Assembly: GCA_963707655.1 (NCBI GenBank)
Contig: OY970172.1
Span: 224,001 to 288,000 of the forward strand
Reading direction: 5' to 3'
From: an uncultured bacterium
Lineage (GTDB): Bacteria > Babelota > Babeliae > Babelales > Vermiphilaceae
Length of the DNA: 64,000 nt
Shown here piece after piece: positions 46,633 through 57,495 of the stretch (the stretch's first letter is position 1; the number at the start of each line of letters is the position of its first letter). The position numbers were made by a program, and so were the translations under genes. A model generated the notes under the pieces. The model saw only the letters and a list, made by a program, of their open reading frames with translations, did not search any database and was not told where the DNA came from.

Positions 46633-47667
46633 TTAAAACTGTTCAAGAAAGCGTATTTTTCCGCTGCGGAATAAACGAATATCACTGATGCCATACCTGA
46701 TCATGGCGAGCCGTTCTATGCCAAAACCAAAAGCAAAACCGCTATATTCTTGTGGATCAATGCCATTTTCACGCAACACATTGGGATGTATGAGTCCTGA
46801 TCCCAATAATTCGATCCAGCCGGTTTTTTTACACAAAGAACAGCCTGTTGTGCAAAACGGGCATGTGGCGTCAATTTCTAGTCCCGGCTCAACAAAAGGG
46901 AAGTAGCTGGGGCGCACACGAATTTCAAGATCGGCTTTATCAAAGAGTTTTTGTAAGAAAGTTTTTGCCGTTGCCAAGAGATTGCCGATTGATATATTTT
47001 TGTCGATTACCATGCATTCTCCCTGAGTAAACATGAAATCATGGGTCGCATCGGTGGCTTCATTGCGGTAACAGCGGCCCGGAGCAAATATTGCCAACGG
47101 CAATTGATTGCTCTGCATAACATGCGCCTGCACATTTGATGTATGAGTGCGTAGCAGCATGCCCGGAGAACTTACCCAAAAGGTGTCGTGCAGGTCACGC
47201 GCGGGATGGCTGGCAGGAATATTAAGCGCCTGAAAATTATAATAATCGTTTTCTAATTCGGGGCCATCAACTACGGCAAAGCCCATGCTGATAAAAATAT
47301 CCTCTAGCTCTGTTATTAAGCTGGTGTATACATGCAAACTGCCATAGGTGCGGCCGGGAGTGTAGGCAGTTACATCAAAGGCCTGGTCTTTTTTTTGCTC
47401 ATTTTCACGCGTCTGTTGAGTAATGAGAGCCTCTTTGGCCGTAATTTTTTCTTGTAGTTGTTGCTTAAGGTCGTTCAGCAAGGGACCGGAGAGCTTTTTT
47501 TCTTCTAGTGAGAGAGTTTTAAGCTGCGCCATTAACGAGACGACATGGCCCGAGCGGCCCAGAAAATCTGTTTTTGTTTTTTCAAGATCAGCCATGGTAT
47601 GAACAGCAGCGAGTGCTATATCAAATGCAGTAAGGGTTGAGTCGATCTGATCTTGAAGCGTTTTCAT
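46633..47667 (-). CDS. pheS: phenylalanine--tRNA ligase alpha subunit
   Basis: HPARD.HDTF, LLRTHTS, RPSYFPFVEP and GFAFGFGIER. Confidence 0.96.
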   Translation of the reverse strand: MKTLQDQIDSTLTAFDIALAAVHTMADLEKTKTDFLGRSGHVVSLMAQLKTLSLEEKKLSGPLLNDLKQQLQEKITAKEALITQQTRENEQKKDQAFDVTAYTPGRTYGSLHVYTSLITELEDIFISMGFAVVDGPELENDYYNFQALNIPASHPARDLHDTFWVSSPGMLLRTHTSNVQAHVMQSNQLPLAIFAPGRCYRNEATDATHDFMFTQGECMVIDKNISIGNLLATAKTFLQKLFDKADLEIRVRPSYFPFVEPGLEIDATCPFCTTGCSLCKKTGWIELLGSGLIHPNVLRENGIDPQEYSGFAFGFGIERLAMIRYGISDIRLFRSGKIRFLEQF

Positions 47668-47789
47668 AGTTTATTCCATTAACCATAGTTTTTCATTCAT
47701 AAGGGACTTTCAGTATCGTAGCAAAGAGGCTATTGCTTGGCAATCTATTCTTTATTGGTGAAAACACTGATTTTCACGAAACATTTTGT

Positions 47790-47817
47790 TTGACAAAAAA
47801 TACCAAACGATTACTAT
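47790..47817 (+). promoter_or_regulatory. tRNA-Phe promoter
   Basis: TTGACA-16 nt-TACTAT. Confidence 0.65.
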
Positions 47818-47845
47818 ACAAAGAGTCTTGAAATATAAGCATTAT

Positions 47846-47920
47846 GCCGGGGTAGCTCAGTGGTAGAGCGTGAGCCTGAAGAGCTCAGCGTCGTTGGTTC
47901 AATTCCGACCCCCGGCACCA
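47846..47920 (+). tRNA. tRNA-Phe (GAA)
   Basis: GCCGGGGTAGCTCAGTGGTAGAGC...TGAGC-CTGAAGA-GCTCA...GGTTCAATTCC...CCCGGCACCA. Confidence 0.95.
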
Positions 47921-47996
47921 GCCTACGCCAAGGCTACGGCTGGCGCGGCCAGTTCTTCTGAGGAAGATGATTGATGTTAATTGCAACATCGTAGGT

Positions 47997-48046
47997 TGTC
48001 CGTCGTAGCTTGCCAAGCCTGAAGGCATGGATAAGCGAAGACTGGA
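47997..48046. repeat. 50-bp REP-like palindromic element, copy 1
   Basis: 42/50 identical to 61898-61947, with compensatory stem changes. Confidence 0.8.
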
Positions 48047-48226
48047 CTGGCATAGCCAACAGAATGCGTTTCACTTACCTCTTATCTCTCTCTTCATTAC
48101 ATTGGATTTTATTTCTCAGTTGCTTTTTATCGCAGCACCATGTTTCATTTATGCTTGTGCTCTCATCACTTTGTATGGTATAGAATTACAAAGATTTTAT
48201 ATGATAAGAAAAAAGGTAAAGTGATT

Positions 48227-48889
48227 ATGAAGCGTGTCTCATCGGATAAATATACCATTGCTTGGTTTAAGCTTTCAGAATGCATTGCTCGTGGGGAAAA
48301 AGAACGCGCATTGGGCATGTATCGTCTATTGGCCCACTCTCTTGATAATTCCGCTTTTGCAAAGCAATTAGAGGGCGATATTTTACTGTTTTTTGATGAT
48401 AGGCAAGCGCATGAAAAATACCATGAAGCGATAAAGCTTTATCTTGGCAAACAGAGATTTTTGGAAGCGGCTATGATTTACGAACATTTATTAAGCATAG
48501 GTATAGAGCCTACATCTGATTATTATGCCGATTTGGTTGAGTGGTATACGGCGGCGCACGTTTACGACAAAGTTAAATACTACGGTTTGCAATGGACCAT
48601 GGTCTTAATTCATAAACAAGACTGGATGCAACTCGAGAAAAACATTACTCGTTTTAGCGCTCTTTTTGGGCTTGATGTCTGGGTGTGTCAATTGCGTCAG
48701 CGTATTATAGAAGCAGCCATAGCACGTCATGCCGATAGTGATAGGATAATGAATTTCATAGCTGCTTTTTTAAATGATCTTACTGCCGCCAATGACGCTC
48801 ACACCATGCAGTTTCTGCTGTCTCATCTACGCGCCACTCATACTGAATATTATGAAAAAACGTGTCAGTATATTAACGAACAGTGCTAA
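48227..48889 (+). CDS. hypothetical helical (TPR-like) protein
   Basis: Long ORF with a helical repeat-like pattern. Confidence 0.6.
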   Translation: MKRVSSDKYTIAWFKLSECIARGEKERALGMYRLLAHSLDNSAFAKQLEGDILLFFDDRQAHEKYHEAIKLYLGKQRFLEAAMIYEHLLSIGIEPTSDYYADLVEWYTAAHVYDKVKYYGLQWTMVLIHKQDWMQLEKNITRFSALFGLDVWVCQLRQRIIEAAIARHADSDRIMNFIAAFLNDLTAANDAHTMQFLLSHLRATHTEYYEKTCQYINEQC

Positions 48890-49022
48890 AAGTCTTTTTG
48901 CTTTGAACAATTCATTACATTCGCCCTTTTTATTGATTCTTTTATTTTCAATTTGATAAAATCCATTGTGGTAGTGTTTGTTGAAGATGCCAGCTCAAAG
49001 AGAAAATGAAAAGAGGGTGAAG

Positions 49023-51287
49023 ATGAAAAGAATAGTATGTTTACTTTTCCTTGTTTGTATATTCTCGGCACAGCTTCATGGTATGGCAGTTATCACCGCA
49101 GCAGCACAGAATGTAAGGCAAGATATAACGAATGGTAATTTTAAAAAAGCGCAAGCTTCCATTAATGAATTAACGCAAAGGATGCAGGGAGTTAAGGCTC
49201 CCGGACCAAAGAGTGCTCTCAAAGAAACTATAGATGCATTGCAGCGGGAATTGATGACTGCCCAAGCAGCAGCAGTGCAAAAAGAACCAAGCGCTGGGTC
49301 AAGCAATCAGCCGGCGCAGCAACCACCGGTGCCTGCACAACAATCACAACAACCGTCGGAACAACCAAGCTCGCGTGTATTGCCAGTGTTCGAGAGGCAA
49401 CCGGCAAGCAAAGAACCTGTTATGCCTGTGCCAGTTACTAAGCCTGCTCCGGTAGCTGCACCATCGATTGTACAATCAGGATTGTCAGAACAACCGGCGA
49501 AAACGATAGAACAAGCAGCATCACCATCTGCGCCAAAACAGCAACCGGCAAAAGAAGAAATGAATCAAGTATGTATAAAAAATAAAGATGCCGATATGGC
49601 AGATTTTTATCTTTCTACAAAAAATCCTTTAGTTCCTGTTGTCATAAAAGATAAATTCACTTCTGCTGCATCGGCCCCATTGATTGGGCAATATGGAGCG
49701 CCCTATAATTTGGCATCCCCCTTGCTATTGATCGAAAATAATGAACAAGCATTAGATAATGTGCCGAGCACCATTATGAATGTCATCAGTGAAAAAACGA
49801 AGAGCATCACGCCTTCCATTGATTTTTTTACTATTATCTGGAGCCCGGTTGAAAAAAAACCACAAAACTCTACCTATAATATTATTTTTCATCAAGTAGT
49901 GCGCAATTGGTTGCGTCAAGAAGGATCAACTCCTGATTTACATAACTTCAATGTTGGCATAGAGATGGGATTGTTTGAGCCGCAGGGAGTACGTGCACGA
50001 TCCATAGCGCTTAATAACGTGAAAAAAGAATCAGTACATATTCATCCGAGCGGGAATCTCGAGGCGTTTTCTCCCAATAATGCACAGTTTGAAGTCGTGC
50101 CACAGCAGAAAATAGTAAGTTTTTGGACCGTTGCGTTTTCTCCCGATAATTCACGGGTAATGATTGTGTTTAATGTTTTTGTCGTTGACCCTGCATTGGG
50201 AGCACGCATAGATGAGAACATAAACAAATCAAATAACCTGCAAACATTAAGAGAAAATCTATCCTCTCTTGCTCTGGATTCCGCTGACGATCAAAATGTT
50301 TTAAATGATGCGATCGACCATCTGGAAAGGATTTGCGAGCCCAATACAATAAAGGTTGATGAACGGGTATATCTGCTTCCTGATATTCAAAAACTGAAAG
50401 CTTTGGGTGTATGTCCTCCCTTTGATGTTGCCTCTTTGTTTACTGAGCCGCTCTACAATGTTGAAATAAATGGTACCGTTGAACCACGATACGCGGCAAC
50501 AAAAGATGTTTCATGTTCGCTGGCTGCGTCGGCTTATAGGGGTTATAAAATCAATCTTTTTCAATTGCGTACGGTTAATCAAAGTACACAAGTTAATAAT
50601 GAGTCGGTTTTTAAGAACGAATGCCCTACGCTCTCATTACGCAATGCTCTGATAATGGGTATTTACGCAAGAACAGGAAACGAAAATATATTGAAAGATT
50701 TGTATGACGCAAAGGCAGCATATGCGTTTATGCGAGATATAGGATGCGTTAAAGATCTTACGGCAGATTTAATGGAGCCAATTCTTGCTCTTAATGCATT
50801 TGCGCAGATGGATAAAGAGAGGCTTTTTATTCTTGATGATCCGCGTTTTCTTGATCCTGCCTATCATCCTGATTTTGCTACCAATGAACAAAAGATAATG
50901 CGTGAGACTTTAGCGCAAGGATTAAAGCGGGATCATTTTTATTGCACGTGGATCATGGGCAATGGTGATGAGCGGGATAAGGGGGTTTATTTCCAGCATT
51001 GGTATACCATTACACTCATCAAAGATGGCTCGAGGCTCGATTATATAGTGACCGATACGGTGACTCATTATCATTTGCAACCGGGTAGTTATGATCTCAA
51101 GCGCCTTGAAAATATTATTGCTTTGATGAATAGTTATTTGCCGGAGCAAACATCTTCTGCGCATGAAAGAGCGCAAGAGATACCATTCTCTGATCCATAT
51201 TTCGCTTTACGCGCTATGCATCCTGAATTGTATCCCGCTGTTCGTGGTAGATATGTACCGGTATTGCCGAGAAAATCTAAAAAATAA
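49023..51287 (+). CDS. secreted protein with Pro/Gln-rich linker and candidate C-terminal cysteine peptidase domain
   Basis: Signal peptide ...LHG-MA. The C-terminus has NQ...CPTLSLRNAL, QHWYTI and YIVTDT. Confidence 0.65.
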   Translation: MKRIVCLLFLVCIFSAQLHGMAVITAAAQNVRQDITNGNFKKAQASINELTQRMQGVKAPGPKSALKETIDALQRELMTAQAAAVQKEPSAGSSNQPAQQPPVPAQQSQQPSEQPSSRVLPVFERQPASKEPVMPVPVTKPAPVAAPSIVQSGLSEQPAKTIEQAASPSAPKQQPAKEEMNQVCIKNKDADMADFYLSTKNPLVPVVIKDKFTSAASAPLIGQYGAPYNLASPLLLIENNEQALDNVPSTIMNVISEKTKSITPSIDFFTIIWSPVEKKPQNSTYNIIFHQVVRNWLRQEGSTPDLHNFNVGIEMGLFEPQGVRARSIALNNVKKESVHIHPSGNLEAFSPNNAQFEVVPQQKIVSFWTVAFSPDNSRVMIVFNVFVVDPALGARIDENINKSNNLQTLRENLSSLALDSADDQNVLNDAIDHLERICEPNTIKVDERVYLLPDIQKLKALGVCPPFDVASLFTEPLYNVEINGTVEPRYAATKDVSCSLAASAYRGYKINLFQLRTVNQSTQVNNESVFKNECPTLSLRNALIMGIYARTGNENILKDLYDAKAAYAFMRDIGCVKDLTADLMEPILALNAFAQMDKERLFILDDPRFLDPAYHPDFATNEQKIMRETLAQGLKRDHFYCTWIMGNGDERDKGVYFQHWYTITLIKDGSRLDYIVTDTVTHYHLQPGSYDLKRLENIIALMNSYLPEQTSSAHERAQEIPFSDPYFALRAMHPELYPAVRGRYVPVLPRKSKK

Positions 51288-51314
51288 TAGATGAGAAGAA
51301 AAGCAGATTGCACG

Positions 51315-54300
51315 TTATAATTTACAGACAACAACGATGCCGTGCTGTTCCCATGTTGCCATGATTTCAGGATCGCATGCTATTTTTTCTTTTGTTTCAA
51401 TACAAAGCAGTTTGTTGTTTTCTTTATAGCGAATGATAAGAGGAATTTTTCCTTTTACTATTCCTTTTTTAATTTCTTCAAGGAGCATTTCATCCACCTT
51501 GTCAGGTAGTTGTATGAGTATTTCTTCTATGGCGGGCCATTCTTGTAGCGCCAATTCAATAGGGACTATTTCAGCTGCCTTAATTTTACATTTTTGTACT
51601 GAAGTGGCGTCAAGCTGTCCCTTAATAATAAACACAGAATGCGTTGCCAACCATTGTTCAACTTTTGCAAACAATTTTGGAAAGACCACTACTTCAGCGC
51701 TACTTTGTGTATCCTCAAATTGTAAGAAACTCATACGATCACCTTTCTTGGTGACTATATCTTTTCTTGATTTAAGCAACCCGGCGCACACAATACCAAT
51801 TTCTTGATCGGCTCTTTGGTTGGTACTCAGGGCCAATCCTTTCTCGAAAGAAGACAACGCAAAGCGAGCAAGCTGTTTATCATAGGTTGCCAATGGATGA
51901 GCACTGAGATAACAGCCAACAACTTCAAGCTCTTTGGCTAATTTTTCTTTATCGGTAAATTCTGCCAGCGCCTGATAGCCATAGCCCTCATTTTTCTGGG
52001 CCCCTTCTTGTGTATTCATGCCAAAAAGATCCATCTGCCCCGTGAGCAGTGCCTTTTTTTGGTTTATTGCTACATCCATAACGCGAGAAAGTTCCGCCGT
52101 TTTCTGTGCCCTGTTGCCCGGTAATCCATCGAATGCGCCTGCCCATACCAAATGTTCAATTACTCGTTTGTTCGCCGTGCGCAAGTCAATTCTCTTGCAT
52201 AAATCAAGTAAATCAGTAAAAGAACCTTTGCTGCTACGTTCATTAATAATATTTTCCAATGCTGCAAGGCCAACATTTTTGATACCTTGCAGACCAAATA
52301 AAATCTTATTATCAACAACACTGAATTCTATCTGTGATGTATTGATATCAGGAGGCAGAATACTGATTCCCATATCTTTTGCTTCTTGCAGGTAAAAGAC
52401 CATGTTTTCAGCATGAGATGATTCAAGCGATATTAAGCAGGCCAAAAATTCTGCCGGATAGTGAGCTTTCAAGTACGCTGTTTGATAGGCAATTAAAGCA
52501 TAGGCAGCCGAGTGTGATTTGTTGAAACCATAACCGGCGAAATATGCCATCAAGTCAAACAGTTCGCCTGCTTTTTTTTCATTGAAATTATTTTTTGCAG
52601 CACGCTCCAAAAATATTTTGCGCTGCTCAGCCATTACGTCTGCTTTTTTCTTACCCATGGCTCGACGCAAAATGTCTGCTTCACCCAATGAGTAACCACC
52701 AATTGCAGAGGCAATTTTCATCACCTGTTCCTGATATACAATTACCCCATAGGTTTCTTTCAAAATGGGTTCAAGTTCAGGAAATAGATAACTAATTTTT
52801 TGTCTGCCATGACGCCGTTCAATAAAATCATCAACCATTCCAGAGCCGAGCGGACCGGGGCGATACAGGGCGTTTACGGCAATAATATCTTCAAATTTAT
52901 CCGGCTGTAGCTTACACAAGACATCTTTTAGGCCACTTGATTCAAGCTGAAACACGCCCGATGTTTTTCCTGCCTGCAGGAGAATAAAAGTTTTTTCATC
53001 ATCAAGCGGCAATGCATCGATATCAATATGCACGTTATGGTTACGGGCAATGATGGTAATGGCGTTGTCGATGAGGGTAAGGTTTTTTAACCCCAAAAGA
53101 TCCATTTTAAGAAAGCCCAAGCTCTCAAGCTCGGTCATTGCATATTGGGTTACCAGTTCATTTGTTTTTGGCGGAACATAAACAGGGAGCACTTCGTCAA
53201 TTGGATCAGGTGATATTACAATGCCGGCCGCGTGTTTTGAAGCATGGCGCGTAATGCCTTCAAGGCGAAATGCGATATCAAAGAGTTTTTTTGCGCGTGG
53301 ATTGTTTTCGAGCAGTTCTTTAAGTCGCGGCTCTTGTTCAAGCGCTTCTTTGAGCGTTATTTTGAGCTGTTCAGGAATAAGGTTGGTAATACTGTTTGAA
53401 TCTTCAAAAGCAAAACCAAGAGTGCGCGCAACATCTTTGATGACTCCCTTGGCCATCATGGTGCCAAAGGTAATGATTTGACATACTTTATCATGTCCAT
53501 ACTTGTCGCGTACATATTGAATCACTTTTTCTCGTCCATCAATGCAAAAATCGATATCGATATCAGGCATCGAGATACGTTCAGGATTTAAAAAACGTTC
53601 AAAAAGAAGATTATAACGTATTGGGTCTATGTTGGTAATTTCTAGCGCCCAGGCGACCAAAGATCCAGCAGCCGATCCGCGTCCGGGACCCACGGGGATT
53701 TTATTGCGGCGCGCCCATTGAATAAAATCACTCACCACCAAAAAGTAGCCGACAAAGCCCATTTTAATAATAAGTGCAATTTCTAGTTCGAGCCGCTCAA
53801 GGTAGATTTGTTCCTGTTCAAGTGGAAATCGTTTGAATTCTTTAAGTTTGTCAAAACCTTTTTTGCACAAATACTCAAAGTAACTTTCATTGGTATGAGA
53901 GTCTGGAATGGCAAAGCGAGGGAAAAAGAGTTTGCCGGTTTCAAAGTCAAAATTACATGAATCGGCAATAGCCCCGCTGTTCCATACCGCCTCGGGGTGA
54001 TCTTTGAAAATTTCAAGCATCTGCTCTTGGTTGCGCATGTAGACGCGGCAATCACCAAAAGTGTAGCGGTTGGGATTGTCCATTTTGTCATGAGTTTGAA
54101 TAGAAAGCATTATCTCATGCGCTTCATGATCGTCAACTGATGGATAGTGGCAATCACCGGTAGCAACGAGCTTTATGTTTTTCTTCTCACTCCATTCATA
54201 TATTTTTTGATTGAGAATTGCCTGCTCTTTTTGATCTTCCGGTTGTACTTCAAGATAAAAGCGATCACGTCCAAATACTTCTAAAAACCAATCCATGCGT

Positions 54301-54761
54301 TTTTCTGCTTCTTCATCCCGCCCTTTTATCAGCAGTTGGGGGATGTGGCCACCAAGGCACGCAGAGGTGACGATCAACCCTTCGGCATGTTTTTTGAGCA
54401 TTTCATAATCGATACGAGGCTTAAAATAGAATCCCTCTTGATAGGAGTAAGAGATTAATTTGCAGAGATTTTTATAGCCGATATTGTTTTGTACAATAAT
54501 GAGTAAGTGATAATATTTTCTTTCTGCGTCTTTAACTTTTACATCTTCGGTCAGATATGCTTCCATGCCCAAAATAGGCTTTATGCCGGCTTTTTTGCAT
54601 TGTTGAAAAAACTTTACTGCACCAAAAATATTGCCATGATCACTGATTCCCAATGCTTTGGCATTGTTTGCTTTGCCAAAAGCAACCAGTTTTTCTATGG
54701 TAATGGCGCCATCGAGCAGCGAATAATCGGTATGCAAATGTAAGTGGGTAAAATGTGGCAT
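51315..54761 (-). CDS. dnaE: DNA polymerase III subunit alpha
   Basis: HLHLHTDYSLLDGA, GPGRGSAAGS, PDIDIDF and YGFNKSHS. No intein seen. Confidence 0.97.
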   Translation of the reverse strand: MPHFTHLHLHTDYSLLDGAITIEKLVAFGKANNAKALGISDHGNIFGAVKFFQQCKKAGIKPILGMEAYLTEDVKVKDAERKYYHLLIIVQNNIGYKNLCKLISYSYQEGFYFKPRIDYEMLKKHAEGLIVTSACLGGHIPQLLIKGRDEEAEKRMDWFLEVFGRDRFYLEVQPEDQKEQAILNQKIYEWSEKKNIKLVATGDCHYPSVDDHEAHEIMLSIQTHDKMDNPNRYTFGDCRVYMRNQEQMLEIFKDHPEAVWNSGAIADSCNFDFETGKLFFPRFAIPDSHTNESYFEYLCKKGFDKLKEFKRFPLEQEQIYLERLELEIALIIKMGFVGYFLVVSDFIQWARRNKIPVGPGRGSAAGSLVAWALEITNIDPIRYNLLFERFLNPERISMPDIDIDFCIDGREKVIQYVRDKYGHDKVCQIITFGTMMAKGVIKDVARTLGFAFEDSNSITNLIPEQLKITLKEALEQEPRLKELLENNPRAKKLFDIAFRLEGITRHASKHAAGIVISPDPIDEVLPVYVPPKTNELVTQYAMTELESLGFLKMDLLGLKNLTLIDNAITIIARNHNVHIDIDALPLDDEKTFILLQAGKTSGVFQLESSGLKDVLCKLQPDKFEDIIAVNALYRPGPLGSGMVDDFIERRHGRQKISYLFPELEPILKETYGVIVYQEQVMKIASAIGGYSLGEADILRRAMGKKKADVMAEQRKIFLERAAKNNFNEKKAGELFDLMAYFAGYGFNKSHSAAYALIAYQTAYLKAHYPAEFLACLISLESSHAENMVFYLQEAKDMGISILPPDINTSQIEFSVVDNKILFGLQGIKNVGLAALENIINERSSKGSFTDLLDLCKRIDLRTANKRVIEHLVWAGAFDGLPGNRAQKTAELSRVMDVAINQKKALLTGQMDLFGMNTQEGAQKNEGYGYQALAEFTDKEKLAKELEVVGCYLSAHPLATYDKQLARFALSSFEKGLALSTNQRADQEIGIVCAGLLKSRKDIVTKKGDRMSFLQFEDTQSSAEVVVFPKLFAKVEQWLATHSVFIIKGQLDATSVQKCKIKAAEIVPIELALQEWPAIEEILIQLPDKVDEMLLEEIKKGIVKGKIPLIIRYKENNKLLCIETKEKIACDPEIMATWEQHGIVVVCKL

Positions 54762-54949
54762 AAATAAAGGTTTTTTTAGAAGATGTATGGTGTTTACTAT
54801 GGATTGTTAGTTTACGTATTATTTTAAAAAAGTTGAGGAAAAAGATTTTTTGAAATAAGCGAGTGCTGTTATCGACATAATTTCAAGAAATAAGTAATCT
54901 ACATAAATACTATAGATGCATGAAAAACTTTCATAAGGGAGCGCTTACC

Positions 54950-55666
54950 ATGGCCGGTCATTCGCATTGGGCGACTATTAAACATAAAAAAGCAAAAGAA
55001 GATGCCAAAAGAGGTAAAGTTTTTACTAAATTGGTGAAAGAGATTACGGTAGCTGCTCGTGTTGGTGGCGGTGATCCTGCCGGTAATCCGCGTTTGCGAC
55101 TTTTGCTTGATAAGGCAAAAGGCATTAATATGCCCCTTGAGAATACCCAGCGTGCCATTAAAAAAGGAACCGGTGAGCTTCCCGGTCAAAGTTATGAAGA
55201 AATTACCTATGAAGGCTATGGCCCGGGCGGCATTGCGGTGATGGTAGATACTCTCAGTGATAATAAAAATAGAACCGTTGCTGAATTACGACATCTTTTC
55301 TCTCGCCAGGGAGGCACTTTGGCAGAAACCGGCGCCGTGGGCTGGATGTTTGAGCGCTTGGGCGTAATACGTGTCAGCGGAAAAACCAGCGAAGATGCTC
55401 TTCTTGAATTGCTTATTGATTATAACATTAAAGATATTGCTCAAGATGATTCTCTCTTTGTTATTTCTACTGACATTAAATCGCTGGATGCGGTAAGGCA
55501 GGCACTTATCAAGGCTGGCTTGAATGTTGAAAGCGCTGAAATTGAATGGGTAGCAAAAGATGATTTTCCTGTCTCCCAAGAAGAGCAGCAAAAACAGGCA
55601 TATGAATTTTTAAGTGCCATTGAAGATCATGACGACGTTCAAAATATTTACACTAATATGGCTTAA
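54950..55666 (+). CDS. yebC: YebC/PmpR family protein
   Basis: MAGHSHWATIKHKK, NPRLR, YEGYGPGG and DVQNIYTN. Confidence 0.93.
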   Translation: MAGHSHWATIKHKKAKEDAKRGKVFTKLVKEITVAARVGGGDPAGNPRLRLLLDKAKGINMPLENTQRAIKKGTGELPGQSYEEITYEGYGPGGIAVMVDTLSDNKNRTVAELRHLFSRQGGTLAETGAVGWMFERLGVIRVSGKTSEDALLELLIDYNIKDIAQDDSLFVISTDIKSLDAVRQALIKAGLNVESAEIEWVAKDDFPVSQEEQQKQAYEFLSAIEDHDDVQNIYTNMA

Positions 55667-55675
55667 AGGGATTTT

Positions 55676-56566
55676 ATGATGCGCAGTATGACCGGTTTTG
55701 CTCTTTCTTCTTTTAATCTGGTGCATGGCACGGAGCGTTCAAGTGTGAATGTTGCCATAAAGTCACTTAATTCACGCTATTTTGAGGTTTCTTACAAAAC
55801 TCCCTATATTCTTTCTTCTCTTGAGCATGAAATTACTAAATTAATCAAGCATGCTCTTGTGCGTGGCCACGTTACCGTGACCATTCATATGAGTAATCCT
55901 GCCTTGTTCAAAGGGGCTATTGAGCCCGCATTGAATACCATAGAAGGGTATATCAAGGCGCTTGAGCAGATTAAACAAACCGGTAAAGTGGGTGGTACCA
56001 TTTCTTTAGATGCGTTGATCACTTTACCAAATATTTTTATTGTAGAAGAGCAGGGCATTGATGACTCTTCAAAGCAGGCGATACTGCAGGGAATAGAAAA
56101 AGCACTCGCCTCATTAATCGATGGCCAGAATGCCGAAGGAGCAATATTGCTCCTTGACCTTGAGCAGCGTGCAGCGATAATGCAAAAAGAAATCGCCTTA
56201 ATTGAAGATGAATCAGCAGTGCTTTTAGCCACACACAAAAAGAAAGTGCAGCAATCTTTGCAAGAGCTTGTTACTGATGAAATAAAATTTGCCGAGACGC
56301 AAAAAAATTCACTCTACGCTATGCTCGATAAAATTGATACTCATGAAGAAGTGGTACGCTTTAAAAACCATTTGGAAAATTTTAAAACAATACTTCATGC
56401 ACCAAATATTGAAAAAGGCAAACGTCTTGATTTTACGCTCCAGGAACTCGCGCGCGAAATAAATACCATCAGCGCAAAGTGTTCTGATTCACAGATTAGT
56501 TCTCGTGCAATCAATATCAAAGTCGAGCTTGAAAAAGCTCGGGAGCAAGTTCAAAATATCGTGTAA
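55676..56566 (+). CDS. yicC: YicC/YloC family endoribonuclease
   Basis: RSMTGF, SLNSRY, GKRLDFTLQELAREINT and EQVQNI. Confidence 0.9.
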   Translation: MMRSMTGFALSSFNLVHGTERSSVNVAIKSLNSRYFEVSYKTPYILSSLEHEITKLIKHALVRGHVTVTIHMSNPALFKGAIEPALNTIEGYIKALEQIKQTGKVGGTISLDALITLPNIFIVEEQGIDDSSKQAILQGIEKALASLIDGQNAEGAILLLDLEQRAAIMQKEIALIEDESAVLLATHKKKVQQSLQELVTDEIKFAETQKNSLYAMLDKIDTHEEVVRFKNHLENFKTILHAPNIEKGKRLDFTLQELAREINTISAKCSDSQISSRAINIKVELEKAREQVQNIV

Positions 56567-56603
56567 AACATTTTCATTAAAATGCATCACGGGTCTGTCT
56601 TCA

Positions 56604-57479
56604 TCAGTCTTTTTCTATTAACTTGCGCTTTTTTTTAACTGGTTCGTACGTTTCGTCTGTTTGACTTAGACTTTTTTTCAGCTTATGCGTATATCGTCGT
56701 GCATCGCGTCCATAGATCGCTCTATCGCGAATCATCGCATGAACATTTTCTGCATTGTGCTTTTCGCATATTTCTGCAACCCGCTCATGCAAGAATTTTT
56801 TATATGCTGGATGATTGGTTTTCTCAGTTAAGATTTTTCGCTTAAGAAACAAGCTTTCGTTTCTTGCAGGTAAGAGCCACATGAAGTTGATTGTCAGATC
56901 TAGTTGCTGGATTGGCTGGCTAGACTGCTCAAGTGGAGTAAGGCCCGCGTGGTTGCGTAGAGCAGTATTGGCACCGTAATGGAGCAACCAACATAGACGC
57001 TCTACATCTACTTGCAAGGACAAACTATGAATTCCTATCATATGCAACACAGTTTCCCCGGCATGCGTATTCTGGTGATCCGTATTGGCTCCTGCTTCTA
57101 ATAATTGACGAAAAATAACGTTATCTTCTTTTATGTTGTTAGCTAACATGAGTGGGCTCAAGGCCTCTGGAGCGCTGGTAGCATTAACATTGGCTCCTGC
57201 ACGTATAAGCATGGTAACTAGAGGTTTTTGCTCCGATAAGACAGCATGCATAATGGGGGTGAGGCTTGCATATTTAGACTCAATATCAGCCCCATTATTG
57301 ATTGCTTGTTGTGCATCTTCAAGGTCTTGCTCCGTGAGTGGATCATAACCTCTCCTGAAGAGTATAATTTCCCACAAATCGCTGATCGGGGTAGGAGTAT
57401 CATCCATGGCATATAATCCATTACCGCTACCAAAGTGTGCCATAGCTATGACGGTAAGAGTGAAATTGCGAAGGTTCAT
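56604..57479 (-). CDS. secreted ankyrin repeat protein, paralog 3
   Basis: Start MNLRNF by alignment to the paralogs. TPIMHAV, GANVNA and GETVLH. Confidence 0.85.
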   Translation of the reverse strand: MNLRNFTLTVIAMAHFGSGNGLYAMDDTPTPISDLWEIILFRRGYDPLTEQDLEDAQQAINNGADIESKYASLTPIMHAVLSEQKPLVTMLIRAGANVNATSAPEALSPLMLANNIKEDNVIFRQLLEAGANTDHQNTHAGETVLHMIGIHSLSLQVDVERLCWLLHYGANTALRNHAGLTPLEQSSQPIQQLDLTINFMWLLPARNESLFLKRKILTEKTNHPAYKKFLHERVAEICEKHNAENVHAMIRDRAIYGRDARRYTHKLKKSLSQTDETYEPVKKKRKLIEKD

Positions 57480-57495
57480 GTTCACTATCTGCCTT

